From Terriglobia bacterium (GTDB lineage: Bacteria > Acidobacteriota > Terriglobia > Bryobacterales > Bryobacteraceae), in assembly GCA_963808335.1 (NCBI GenBank), contig CAWEFR010000005.1, positions 302,683 through 366,682 on the forward strand: a DNA stretch of 64,000 bases, given 5' to 3'. Positions 29,367-39,918 of this stretch are shown piece after piece. The stretch's first letter is position 1; each line of letters opens with the position of its first letter. Position numbers and translations under genes: made by a program. Below the pieces are notes generated by a model that worked only from the letters and a program-made list of their open reading frames with translations, did not search any database and had not been told where the DNA came from.

Positions 29367-30401
29367 TCAGGATTTCGCCGGGACATGCCGTTTAGCCGGC
29401 CGCGAGAAACGAATGTTTTGCACGATCACCTGTGTATGGATGAGCTGTTGCAACGCCTCGAATCCGACCATTGCAAGGACAGAGAGCGTCAACCCGCGCG
29501 TCCGTTCGAAGAACTCACGCCACGTCCAAGTGACGGTCGCTTTGAGATCTTCAAATCGACAAGTACCTAAAGCGACGTCGATGACTGGAGTTCCATGCAC
29601 CAAGGCGTTTCGTACCTGACGATCGATGCAGCCGACGACCGGATCGAGACTTTTGTGCCGGCCAGCCATAGCCAGAAGATTGTTCAGGTTTAGACTTTTC
29701 CACTCCGCCCACGTACGAGGTCGTCCTTCGGCGTTTTCGGCGCAGAGCAAGAGAACGCGTAACCGCGTCTCGAAGACGCCGGCTGAAAGCGTGTACTCAT
29801 TTTGGAGTTCGAGTAGCCATCGATCGGTCATCCTCTTGGGCGGTTCCGCTCGAAATCGTCGGCATGCGGTTTGAAGCAGCCGCACTGAATGGACATATCG
29901 TCGCGCATCGCTAGAACCAGACCATTCATCGAGCCCTGCGAAAATCTGTGCCGGAGCAGCGTGCGTGTATAGATGCACGAGAAAACCGCAGAGGGCGCTC
30001 CGGATCTCTTGGTAAGCCGGCAATTGAGCCCACTTAGCGCGCGGCGGCTCCGCTGCCTTGGCAGCCATTCGGAGAAGCGCTTCCCAGGAGTCTTCACCTA
30101 GACGCAGCCTCCGTCCGCCGGCGCGGAGCACGAATGCCATAAACTGCTCGAGGGCGGCGCAACGCTCGAGGTCTGCGGCGGGATTGCCTTTGAGTTCTTC
30201 CAGCTTTTGAAGGGACGGTGAAGTCGAACGCAGAAGTCGGTCGATCTTCTTTTCGAGGCCCGCCTTGTCGCGTGCAGAAAGGCGCGGAAGTGGGCGGCCA
30301 AACATCGAGGCCAGTTCGTTCCCGAGTAGCGGGAGAGCTCCGATCAGACCGCTCCGAAGTTCCTCCAACTCGGGGCTTAGATTCTTGGGCAGTTTCTTCA
30401 T
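29367..30401 (-). CDS. Hypothetical alpha-helical protein with a C-terminal HEPN-like Rx4H motif
   Basis: Most plausible start is MKKLPKNLSPEL; the ORF is open up to 30581. C-terminal IDRQVRNALVHG fits Rx4-6H. No family recognised. Confidence 0.4.
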   Translation of the reverse strand: MKKLPKNLSPELEELRSGLIGALPLLGNELASMFGRPLPRLSARDKAGLEKKIDRLLRSTSPSLQKLEELKGNPAADLERCAALEQFMAFVLRAGGRRLRLGEDSWEALLRMAAKAAEPPRAKWAQLPAYQEIRSALCGFLVHLYTHAAPAQIFAGLDEWSGSSDARRYVHSVRLLQTACRRFRAEPPKRMTDRWLLELQNEYTLSAGVFETRLRVLLLCAENAEGRPRTWAEWKSLNLNNLLAMAGRHKSLDPVVGCIDRQVRNALVHGTPVIDVALGTCRFEDLKATVTWTWREFFERTRGLTLSVLAMVGFEALQQLIHTQVIVQNIRFSRPAKRHVPAKS

Positions 30402-30815
30402 CGGTGCAAACCAAGTGACCCGCTTATTGTCCTGCCGCAAAAGGGGCCAAAGCAATTGCCAACGCGAGCGGGAAGCTGCTCCAGGTTCTGTCAGGCAGCT
30501 TAGCAAGCCCTTTCGGCAAACTCCGAGCCCAGATACCGCTCCAACACGCAGGAGCGAACGCTTCGCGACGACTTCTCCCATCTGAAGCTCGTGGCGTCAT
30601 CAATTCAGGTAATGGGACGAGGTGCGGTGTGGTTTTTGGAGCGGTCGAATGAGGCTGCATCTCCGACCAACTCTCTAGCCGCCGTGGTTAGCGCCCTAAC
30701 CCAACCGCCCTCGGCCTGTAATCAACGGATATGACGGCCGAAACCCGGTATCATGATGATTCCGCATCCGATCAGAATTTGATGACGCGAGTGCAAGGGT
30801 TTAATCGCGCAACAC

Positions 30816-33769
30816 ATGAGTCTCCACGCCTTCAATCAGCGGATTCTCGCCGAGGATCTTGTCCGGGTCCGCCGTCCGGACGACCGGGAACGCTATGCGG
30901 CTGCGCAGCGCCAGGCGCGCATCGATCCAAACCCCCACCAGATTGACGCGGTAATCTTTGCGCTTCGACGTCTCCGCGAAGGCGGCTGCATTCTCGCAGA
31001 CGAGGTTGGCCTGGGAAAGACGATTGAGGCCGGCCTGGTCATTGCGCAAAGCCGAGCGGAAGGCGCGCAGCGCATCCTGCTGATCGTGCCCAAGTCGCTG
31101 ATCGGTCAGTGGCAGGGCGAGCTCTTAAACCTATTCGGCATCCAGGCACGTGAGAACGATGCGAGCTTCTTCGCGCCCGGCGTGTATCTGGTCGGCCGGG
31201 AATTCGCGGGCAGCGAGCGCGGCGCGACCCCCCTGGGCGCCGTCCCGCCCTTCGATCTCGCCGTGATCGACGAAGCGCATGAGATCTTCGCCGGACTGCA
31301 CAAGAGATACGGGCGCGACGGGATCTACGACGAAAGCTCGGATGAAGCCCTGATGGCACACCGAGTGCGCGGCTTTCTGCGTTCAACGCCGGTGCTGCTG
31401 CTCACTGCGACGCCGATGCAGAACTCCCTCGCCGAACTGTGGGGCCTGGTGCAGTACGTGGAGCCCACGGGCACTCTGCTCGGGGATATCACGACGTTCC
31501 GCGAAGTGTTCTGCGATGAGGACGATCGAACATTGGTTCCCGGCCAGGAGCACGAGCTTCAACGACGTCTCGCGATCGTTCTCCAGAGGACTTTACGCCG
31601 TCAGGCCCAGGAGTTTCTCGACCGGCCCTTCACCCAACGACGCTGCAGATTGTACGAATACGCGATGAGCGACGCTGAGCGGTCGCTCTACGACGACGTG
31701 ACCGAGTACCTTCTGGAACCGTCCCTGTATGCATTCGCCGGCCGACAACGGCGGCTTTTGTTGATCGGGTTCCACCGGCGCATGGCTTCGTCAATCCCCG
31801 CCCTGGCCGCAAGCCTGGAGAATGTCGCCGGCCGTCTCCGTCGCCTGCAAGCAGGTTTACGCTCCGACGACACCGTGATCAACGTGCTCCGGGATCTTGA
31901 GGAGGAGGACGAGAACGACGAGCATTCCGAGGAAGCGGCCCCGCCTGATCGATCGCGCAACACTCGCGGCCGAGCTGGTCCGCGTCGAGGGTTTCGTCGA
32001 CCGCGCGCGATCGCTGCCGAATGATGCCAAGGCACGCTCATTCCAGGAAGCCATCAAGGTGATTCTGGATTTGGGGCGGGACGGTCGCGGCAGCGGCAAG
32101 GCCGTCGTGTTCACTGAGTCGATCACCACCCAGGAGTACTTGCGGCGCCTGCTGCTGGCCATCGGCCTCGGCGATGAGGACATCACCTTGTTTCGCGGCG
32201 TCAACGATCACGAGCGTGCCGGCCAAGCACTGGCGCGGTGGCAGCAGGAGGAAGGCTCCCGCTTTGCGCCGGGAGCCAAACCGAGCCGCGAGGTGGCCGT
32301 GCGGCTCGCACTTGTGCACGAGTTCCGCACGCGCTCGAAGGTTCTCATCTGCACCGAGGCGGGCGCAAAAGGGTTGAACCTGCAATTTTGCGAGACGGTT
32401 ATCAACTATGACTTGCCCTGGAATCCGCAGCGCATCGAACAGCGCATCGGGCGCTGTCATCGGTACAGCCAGCAGCGTGATGTCACCGTGGTCAACTTCA
32501 TCGCCAGGGACAATGAGGCGCATCGGCTGACGTTCGAAATTCTGAGCCAGAAACTGGATCTGTTCGGTAAAGTGCTCGACGCGTCCGACCATGTCTTGCA
32601 TGAGCCGCGGACGGACGCTCCCGAGATATTGGTGTCGGCTCTATCGGTCGAATTCGAGAGCGACCTCCGCAGCATCTACAGCCGATCCCGCACGCTGGAC
32701 GAGGTCACGCGCGAGATTGCCGCTCTGCGGGACAAGATTTCAGAGCGCAGGGACGCTTACGAAAAGGAATACGAGCGGACATCGCAAATCATCGAGTCGC
32801 GGTTCGATGAGAACGTGCGAAAAGTGTTCAAGCGCTTGCGCGAGGACCTGCCCGACAGCCTTGCTGATTTCGACCGGGATCTCGCCGAGCTCGTGGATGG
32901 ATACCTCACCACATGCGCCGTCGCGTACCGCCGTTCTGACGAGGCTGGGCGGGTGGTGTTCGATTTGGCGCCCGGCGCTGCATTGCCCGTTGAGATCGGG
33001 GATGGCCGGCGATTTGCGACGGGGGACGCAAGAGGACTGACCGACGCCGAATCTTTGAACCTCGTACATCCGCTGGTTCACGCTGCGATCGCAAAGGCTC
33101 GAACATGGGCAGGTGGTGGTGCGGTCACGCTGCATCTGCCTCCAGACGCTTCTCCAGACCTCGCAGCCCTCGCTGGAAATGAGGGCCTTATTTGCGTCGT
33201 GCTGGTGGATTATCTTGGCTTCGAGCCGGTTCAGCGGCTCATCGCGGCGGCGGTCGTTTCACGGCGCCCCAATCGATCCATCGCTCGCCGCCAAAATCGT
33301 GCGCTTGCAGGCAACCGACGGCCCGGTATTCAAGGCCCCTGTGGACGCGCAGTGGCTCGATGACGCGGTGGACGAAGCCGTGTTCGTCGACCAGCGACAA
33401 GTCGAGGAAGGCGAGCAGAAGCACTTCGAGCAGGCCATCGGTCAGCTTGAGCGGTTCGTCGAGGACAAAATCCTGGTGTGCCGCCGGGAGCGAGCGAGCA
33501 TCGCTGAAAAGCTCCGGGCCGCTCGGGCTCGACGTGATGAGATTGTCGGTTCCACCGCGCGAGATCGGATCGAGGCGGAGATCTTGAAACTGGCAACCAG
33601 GGAAGAGAGTCTCGAACGCCGGATTGGCGCATTGGAATCCAGAGAGGACGAGGTTTACAGAAAATGGCGCGACGAATACCACGAGCTTCGTTACCGGGCG
33701 CCGACGGTGACCCGGCTGTTCCAGGCGGCGTTCAAGATCGCCGCACCGAATCCGGAGACGTCGTGCTGA
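30816..33769 (+). pseudogene. SNF2-family helicase (~984 aa) with a long coiled-coil C-terminal extension; two frame breaks as assembled (~31940, ~33255)
   Basis: ILADEVGLGKTIEAG, VIDEAHEIF, LLLTATPMQNSL, TEAGAKGLNLQFCETVINYDLPWNPQRIEQRIGRCHRYSQ. Confidence 0.85.
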
Positions 33770-34926
33770 GGCTGCTGCACACCGCCGACTGGCATCTCGG
33801 GCGGCGCTTCCCATCGTTCCCCGACGAGGGACAGAAAAAGTTGTCACGGGCGCGCATGGATGTGATCTCGAGGATCCTCGACGTCGCACGCCGCAACGCG
33901 GTAAATGCCGTGTTGTGCGTTGGGGACATATTCGACGATGCGGACCCGGCCCCGGACTTTTGGGAAGGGCTTGCCAGGACGTTCCGAAACCATGCTGGTC
34001 AGCATCCGCCGCTCTTTTTGATTCCTGGCAATCACGACCCTCTGACGCCGGAGTCAGTGTGGGCGCCGGGTCACGCTTTTCGAGCACGGCTTCCCGAGTG
34101 GGTGCACGTCGTCGACCGTGATGATTTCATGTATGAGCTGGGGCCTAACGCGGTGTTATACGCGCGGCCGTGCCGGTCGAAGGCAGGCGAGAACGATCTG
34201 GCGATGGCGCTGCCGGCGCGCGAACCTGGCGATGAACGGCTCCGCATCGGTTGCGTCCACGGTTGCACATTTGACATTGACGGTTACCAGACGAACTTTC
34301 CTATTCGCCGGGATGCAGGCGTGCAACGCGGACTGGATTATCTCGCAATAGGCGACACACATTCGTTCCGCGACGTTACCGAGAACCTGTCTGTTCCGAC
34401 AGTATATCCGGGCGCTCCGGAACCCACGAGCTTCGACGATGCCGGCGCCGGCCGCGTCGCGCTCGTCGCATTATTCAGGCGCGGTTTGCGTCCCCGCGTC
34501 GATGCCGAGCCGGTTGCCTTCTGGCGGTGGATCGACGTGCGGTGCCATGACATGAATGAGCTCCGCAGCTTATTGACCACACCGGATCTCGACCGCCATG
34601 TCGTCAGACTTCATCTCGATATGACCGTCTCCCTGTCCGAGGAGAGTGAGGTCGAGCGGATACTGCGCGACCTCCAGGGGACCGACGCAACGCACGGCCG
34701 CGTTGGCGTTTTGATGGTGGACCGTGCGGGCCTGCGGTTGCAAGTGGGTTCAGGCGACGCTTTTCCCGATGACCTCCCGCCGGTACTCAAAGACACCGTG
34801 GCGCGACTCGACCGGCTCATCGCGGACGCGACAGACGAATCTGAGAAATCGAGGGCAACACGGGCACTGGCGCATCTTTACAAACTGCTGCAGAGCCATG
34901 ACGCGAATGGTGGGCGCGGTTTATGA
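33763..34926 (+). CDS. SbcD/Mre11-like calcineurin-fold metallophosphoesterase
   Basis: The GTG start overlaps the helicase stop. Motifs: LLHTADWHLG, VLCVGDIFD, LIPGNHD, GCVHG. Confidence 0.8.
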   Translation: MLRLLHTADWHLGRRFPSFPDEGQKKLSRARMDVISRILDVARRNAVNAVLCVGDIFDDADPAPDFWEGLARTFRNHAGQHPPLFLIPGNHDPLTPESVWAPGHAFRARLPEWVHVVDRDDFMYELGPNAVLYARPCRSKAGENDLAMALPAREPGDERLRIGCVHGCTFDIDGYQTNFPIRRDAGVQRGLDYLAIGDTHSFRDVTENLSVPTVYPGAPEPTSFDDAGAGRVALVALFRRGLRPRVDAEPVAFWRWIDVRCHDMNELRSLLTTPDLDRHVVRLHLDMTVSLSEESEVERILRDLQGTDATHGRVGVLMVDRAGLRLQVGSGDAFPDDLPPVLKDTVARLDRLIADATDESEKSRATRALAHLYKLLQSHDANGGRGL

Positions 34927-37900
34927 AGCTCCATCGGCTGCGCATCACGAGTTTTGCTGCGATCGGGAACGTCGACGTCGAGTTCGGGCCGGGACTTAAT
35001 GTGCTGTACGGACCCAACGATCTCGGGAAGTCTTCGGTGGTGGCCGCCATCCGCCTGGGATTGCTCCTTCCTCACACGTCAACACATTGTGAGCAGTATG
35101 TCGGATGGACGGGTGCCGACGACCCGATTGTCGAGATGACGTTCCAGACCGAAGAGCAACGGATCTGGCGCATAAGGAAGCAGTTCGGCAAAGGCGGCTC
35201 GTCACTTCTGCAGGAATCGAAGAATGGACAGGACTTCGATGATGTGGAGCGCGGGAGGAAGGTGGACGGGAAGCTGCGGGAGATTCTGCGTTGGGGCATT
35301 CCGGAGCCCGGCGGCTCGGGCGGCGCTAAGGGATTGCCGACAAGCTTCCTCGCGACAGCACTCTTGTCCCCCCAAGACGACGTGAGCGCCGTGCTTCGCG
35401 AAAGCTTGCAGGGCGATCCGACCGGCAGCGGTAAAGAACAGATCGCCGCTGCTTTGCAGGCGGTCGCGCAGGACCCGCTATTCCTCGCCCTGCTCAGAAA
35501 TACGCAGGCGCAACGGGACAAGGCGTATACCGACAAGGGTGCCAAAAAAACCGCCAAGGGCAGTGTGTTCAAGGACGCCGCCGAGCGACTGAATGAAACG
35601 AGGGAAGAGAAGGATAAGCTTCACAGGATCGTGGCTGAATCAGAAGGCGCAGAGAGGCAGTTGCGGGATCTGACCGATAGACGCGCGCAGAGGCAGGAGA
35701 CATTAGCTGCGGCTGCGGCCGTCGTCGCAAGCCTTGAGCAGCTTGCTTCGCAGGCCACGTGTCGCTCGGTCGCGGCGGAACAGGTCCGGATCGCACAGGA
35801 AGAGGTAGCTGCGTATCCGAAGGACCGGGACCGAAGTGGAGATCGGGGAGCGCAAGGTAGCGGAGCTGGTTAGGAAGATCACTGAGGCAGAGCAGGCGCT
35901 GCAAGTCGCGCGAGACGAGCAAGGGAAGGCAGCCGCCGCACTCGATGCTGCCGAAGAAGCCGCCCGCGCGGAAGGATCAGATCCAGGCGTGACCGACACC
36001 GTTGTTCGTCAGCAGCTCGAACTTCGAAGATCTGCGGCTGATCAGGCTGCACGCGAGGCACAGCAACGGATCGATGCTGCTTTGGCTGCCCAGAAGCTTA
36101 TTGAGGCCGTCGGTGCAGCGGAACTCGATCTTCGGGACCAACGGGCAAAAGCCGCCGGGGCGCTCGAATCCGCTGCCAAAGCGACAGCGACGGAAAAGGT
36201 TACTGAGAGTGGGCTTCAGCGATGCGATTTACTTGAGCGTGCTCTAGATGTTCACGCTGCCGATAAGCAGGTCGCCGATGGTCAGGCAGATGTCGACAAA
36301 GAGGCTGCTCTCCAGGGCCGCCTGGGGACTACTTCAGGCGAACGGGCGGAATTGGCCGAACAGCGCGCTGCGATTACAGTTCCGGCTCATGGGGCGCTCG
36401 GACCCATGCGCAGGCTCGCCACTGAGTTGGCGGCCGCGCGGGGCGCGCTCGACGTCGGCTTTGTGGTGACGGTGAGCCCGAAAGGTACGCCTCGACCTGC
36501 GCGTTCGAAAGGATGGGAAGAAAGTTGAGGCGAAGTCCACCGCCAAACCCCTGGAGATCGAAGCGGGCGCGGAGGTTGAGATCGCTATCGCGGACGTTGC
36601 AACCGTGCACGTTCGCGGTGGTCGACGAGAAGCGCAAGAAAAAGCCCAGGCCCTGGAGAATAACTGGGGCCGAGACGTAGAGCCGCATCTCGTTGCCGCC
36701 GGCGTCGCAGACCTGGACGGCCTCGACGCCAAGATCGCGGAGTGTCGAGAGCTGGATGCCGGCATCAAGGCGAAGGATGCCGAAGTCGAGTCGCTGCGCA
36801 CCCAGATTGCCGCGCTTACCGGTGCGGCGGCGGCGTTGCGCGAAGCGTCGAAGAGGGCGGAGACCTGCCGGGCCGCGCTCGGAGACGTACAGCTTGACAC
36901 CCTGGCCGCTGATCTCAAGGCGCTTGGCGCTGATCCAATCGTCGGGTTACGAAAGCGGCGACAAGAGCTGTTAAAGGAGGCCGAGGGTGTGCGCGCTATC
37001 GCCAACGATGCTGTCAACGCCCAGACCCTTGCCGACGAACGCACGCGGCACTCACAGTCGGCGTTGGATGCGGCCGTCGCATCACGGGATGCCACGCTGC
37101 CGGCCTTCCCTGAAGGCGTGGATGCCGCATTGGTCGCCGCAAGGGCTGCGCTCGCGGCTGGTATTGCCGAGAAGGAAAAGGTCGCCGCTGAGTTTGCTTC
37201 CCTGGAGCGTACGATTGCCGAGCGGAAAAAACGTATCGACGCGGTCCTGGGCAACGCTCGCACAAATGCCGCTAAGGCCACGAGTGCCGTCGATAAGGCG
37301 CAAGGAGACCTCACGACGGCAAAGACCGACCACGCGTTGCACGACGGCCGGCTCATCGAATTGCGAAAACTGCGCGATGCCGAGAATCTTGGGGACGCCG
37401 AAGCGAGGCTTCTTGAAAAGACTGGCAGTCATGCGGCGTTGCCCGTTCCTGATCGGCTCGTCACCAATGACGAGGTCACCACCGCCCAAAATATCGCTGC
37501 GGGCATCAGGTTAGATCTCGAAGGCATCGATCGAGAGATCCACCGGGCGCATGGCGCTCTCGAACAAGTAGGCGGCTCGGTGGCCCGTGAGCGGCTGCAC
37601 GACGCGACTGAAGCTTTCGAGTTGGCGGAGCGCCAGGAGAGGGAAATCGAGGCGGAATACGAGGCGTGGAGACTGCTGCTCGATCAAATGAAGGAGGCCG
37701 ACGCTGCCCAGGCGAGCAATCTTGGACAGGCGCTCGTACCGGCCATCGCTGGTCGGTTCCAGGAGTTGACCCAGCGACGCTACCAAACTGTCCAGATCAC
37801 CGCTCAATTGGCCACAGAAGGTGTTGTGGTCTCGGGTGCGTTGAGGCAAGCGGGACAGATTTCGGTCGGCACCCGCGAGCAATTGTCGACTTTGTACCGG

Positions 37901-38158
37901 TTGTCGCTCGCGGAATATTTGAAGACGGCGATTGTCCTTGATGACCAGCTCGTGCAGAGCGACGACAGCCGGATGGACTGGTTTCGCGCGTTGCTTGCCG
38001 AGAAGGCCCACAGTTTCCAGATCGTAGTATTCACATGCCGACCCGGCGACTACCTTCCAGCAAGCGCGCTTGTGCCCCAGGGAAGCGCCGTTCACGCAGA
38101 CACGGATGGCGGGTTCATACGAGCGGTCGACCTCGGGCGGGCGCTCCGCCGCCGCTAG
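34923..38158 (+). pseudogene. SbcC/Rad50-like SMC-type ATPase (~1078 aa); two frame breaks as assembled (~35815, ~36485)
   Basis: ATGA overlap with the upstream gene. Walker A LNVLYGPNDLGKSSV. About 700 aa of Ala/Glu/Arg-rich coiled coil. C-terminal head ISVGTREQLSTLYRLSLAEYL..AIVLDDQLVQSD. Confidence 0.8.
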
Positions 38159-38666
38159 CTTAGCTGTCGCCAGTAGCGAAGTGCGGGCTCGAAAAGGTCG
38201 GAGTCGAAGGGTACTGGGTGCGCACGACCACAGAACACGCCGATACAGGTTCGTTCTTCGCAATCAACTTGGTCCTCGTTGGGCTGGCTGCGACAGATCT
38301 CGCGCCTTTGATGAGCTGCTGCACTTCTTGATGGAGGGGAAGGACCGGCTGGCGGAAGACCTCTTGCGCCCGTTACCTCCAGAAGCCAGAAGACGAAATG
38401 TGCGGGGCGCTGTTAACGGATTTTAGAGCGGAAGCGAGCCGCCAGAGCTAATTGGTTGAGGATTCCGGACTTCCGTGGCGGCGTACCTGTCGATGCCTAT
38501 CAGCCTGAACTTCTGCGGAACGTCTTCCCTAGAACCTAGAGGAGTACGAGGCGATCCGACGGGTCTCGCTCCAAAAGCGGCTGAACCCGAAAAGGGGGAT
38601 TCAGGCCGTCGCGTGACGTTGGTGTGGGACACCAGAGCAGTGTTCACCCGCTTGCGGCGCCGACCC

Positions 38667-39905
38667 TTATTCGACAAAACTGAGGGCAGGCCAATCCGGG
38701 ATACTGTTCTCCGAGATAGTAAGCTCGTTCAATACCAGATTCCACATTCGCTCGAAGTCGTTCGCATCTGCGGGGCGAGTGCCGTGAGCAAGCCAGGATT
38801 GGTTCCTCTTTTCAAGGGTTGGCTTGAGCCGATCGTAAACCTCCGGACGTTTGTGGTCTTCCACGAAGGGGCTATACTGCAATGCCGTGAAAACCTTGGC
38901 ACAACTCAACTGGAGGCGGTTTCCTTCGATAAGATCGTCCGGAAAAGTTGATTTCAACTTGGCGGCCACACCTTCGTCGAGCGTATTCAACTGGATACGA
39001 CCGGAAATGGCACCGAATGCAGCGTGAAGACGGTTCTGAGCGAACAGTTCCACGGCGCGGTACAGGCGAGTGATCGCGTCATCGTGATGCCCTTGGCGAT
39101 GCCGCCGGCGCGCGTTAGCCAGCAACTCCAAAAGAGCGCGAGGATGATCCTTCTGACCACGAGCCTCGGTGTCCAATGCTTGAAAGTGCTCTCGTAGCGC
39201 GCGCAGCCAGGCGAGGGCTTTGCTGTTACCCTGATGCTCAAACGCGATCTCGACCAGGCGTTGGAACTGTCCCAGTTCGTTCGGCAGTCCTTTGAATTGG
39301 AAGAGATCCAGTCTGGCGAGTACACGACAGAGGCGGGCGAAAGCCCTTAGCGTCTCGCTCCTCCCGGATGCAATCTCGGCAGCTTGATCGAGCAATTCGG
39401 ATGCTGCCTCAACGTGGCCCTGTTCATAAAATCGAGTCGCCAGTTCGCGCTGACGGATCGCAAGCTGTATCCAGGGATTCGGTCCGGCGACGGGTTTCTC
39501 GGTACCAGTAATCACGGTCCCCAGACCACTCTTCTCCCTGTCGCCAGAAATATAGTGGTAGTTGGGAATCCACTCGACGGCCGCCAATGTGAGGGCAGCG
39601 CTCATCGGCTTGGTGCCTCCGGTGAGATCGAAATAGACATTCTCAGAGCGCAACCGCCGGCGATCCAGCCACCCGCTAATGGCCGGCCGAATTTGCTGAT
39701 AGCACCTGTTCAGGTCGTCCACGTCGTCGAGTCGCACACACTCCCACTGCAATTCATAACCAATTGATGGGAGCACGACCTGCTCGACCTGCGGTTCGGA
39801 CTTCTCCGACACCACAAACAACGCGCACTGGACCGGCTGGCGCTTCAACGCGTCGATTACCGGGGCAGGAGTACCACCCAAGCTGAAGATCGCTCCACGT
39901 GGCAT
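38667..39905 (-). CDS. CARF + HEPN protein (Csx1/Csm6-like; resembles the TIGR02710 family)
   Basis: N-terminus IFSLGGTPAPVIDAL...YFDLTGGTKPMSAAL (CARF). C-terminus KRNQSWLAHG (HEPN Rx4-6H). Last gene of the cmr operon. Confidence 0.7.
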   Translation of the reverse strand: MPRGAIFSLGGTPAPVIDALKRQPVQCALFVVSEKSEPQVEQVVLPSIGYELQWECVRLDDVDDLNRCYQQIRPAISGWLDRRRLRSENVYFDLTGGTKPMSAALTLAAVEWIPNYHYISGDREKSGLGTVITGTEKPVAGPNPWIQLAIRQRELATRFYEQGHVEAASELLDQAAEIASGRSETLRAFARLCRVLARLDLFQFKGLPNELGQFQRLVEIAFEHQGNSKALAWLRALREHFQALDTEARGQKDHPRALLELLANARRRHRQGHHDDAITRLYRAVELFAQNRLHAAFGAISGRIQLNTLDEGVAAKLKSTFPDDLIEGNRLQLSCAKVFTALQYSPFVEDHKRPEVYDRLKPTLEKRNQSWLAHGTRPADANDFERMWNLVLNELTISENSIPDWPALSFVE

Positions 39906-39918
39906 GATCGCCTTCCTC

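Noticed and set aside
36334-37356. 340-aa minus-strand ORF. Similar shadow ORFs occur at 33239-34087(-), 60086-61111(-), 9539-10642(+) and 23461-24432(-).
   Set aside because: All are antisense to confidently identified genes and have Ser/Ala/Arg-rich compositions. They were judged to be shadow ORFs.
30816-38158. Reading the SNF2/SbcD/SbcC-like trio as part of DISARM, Wadjet, Lamassu or a second BREX.
   Set aside because: The signature partners are all missing: DUF1998 and PLD for DISARM, the kleisin and Toprim JetABD for Wadjet, LmuA/LmuC effectors for Lamassu, and pglZ/pglX for BREX. It is kept as an unassigned candidate.
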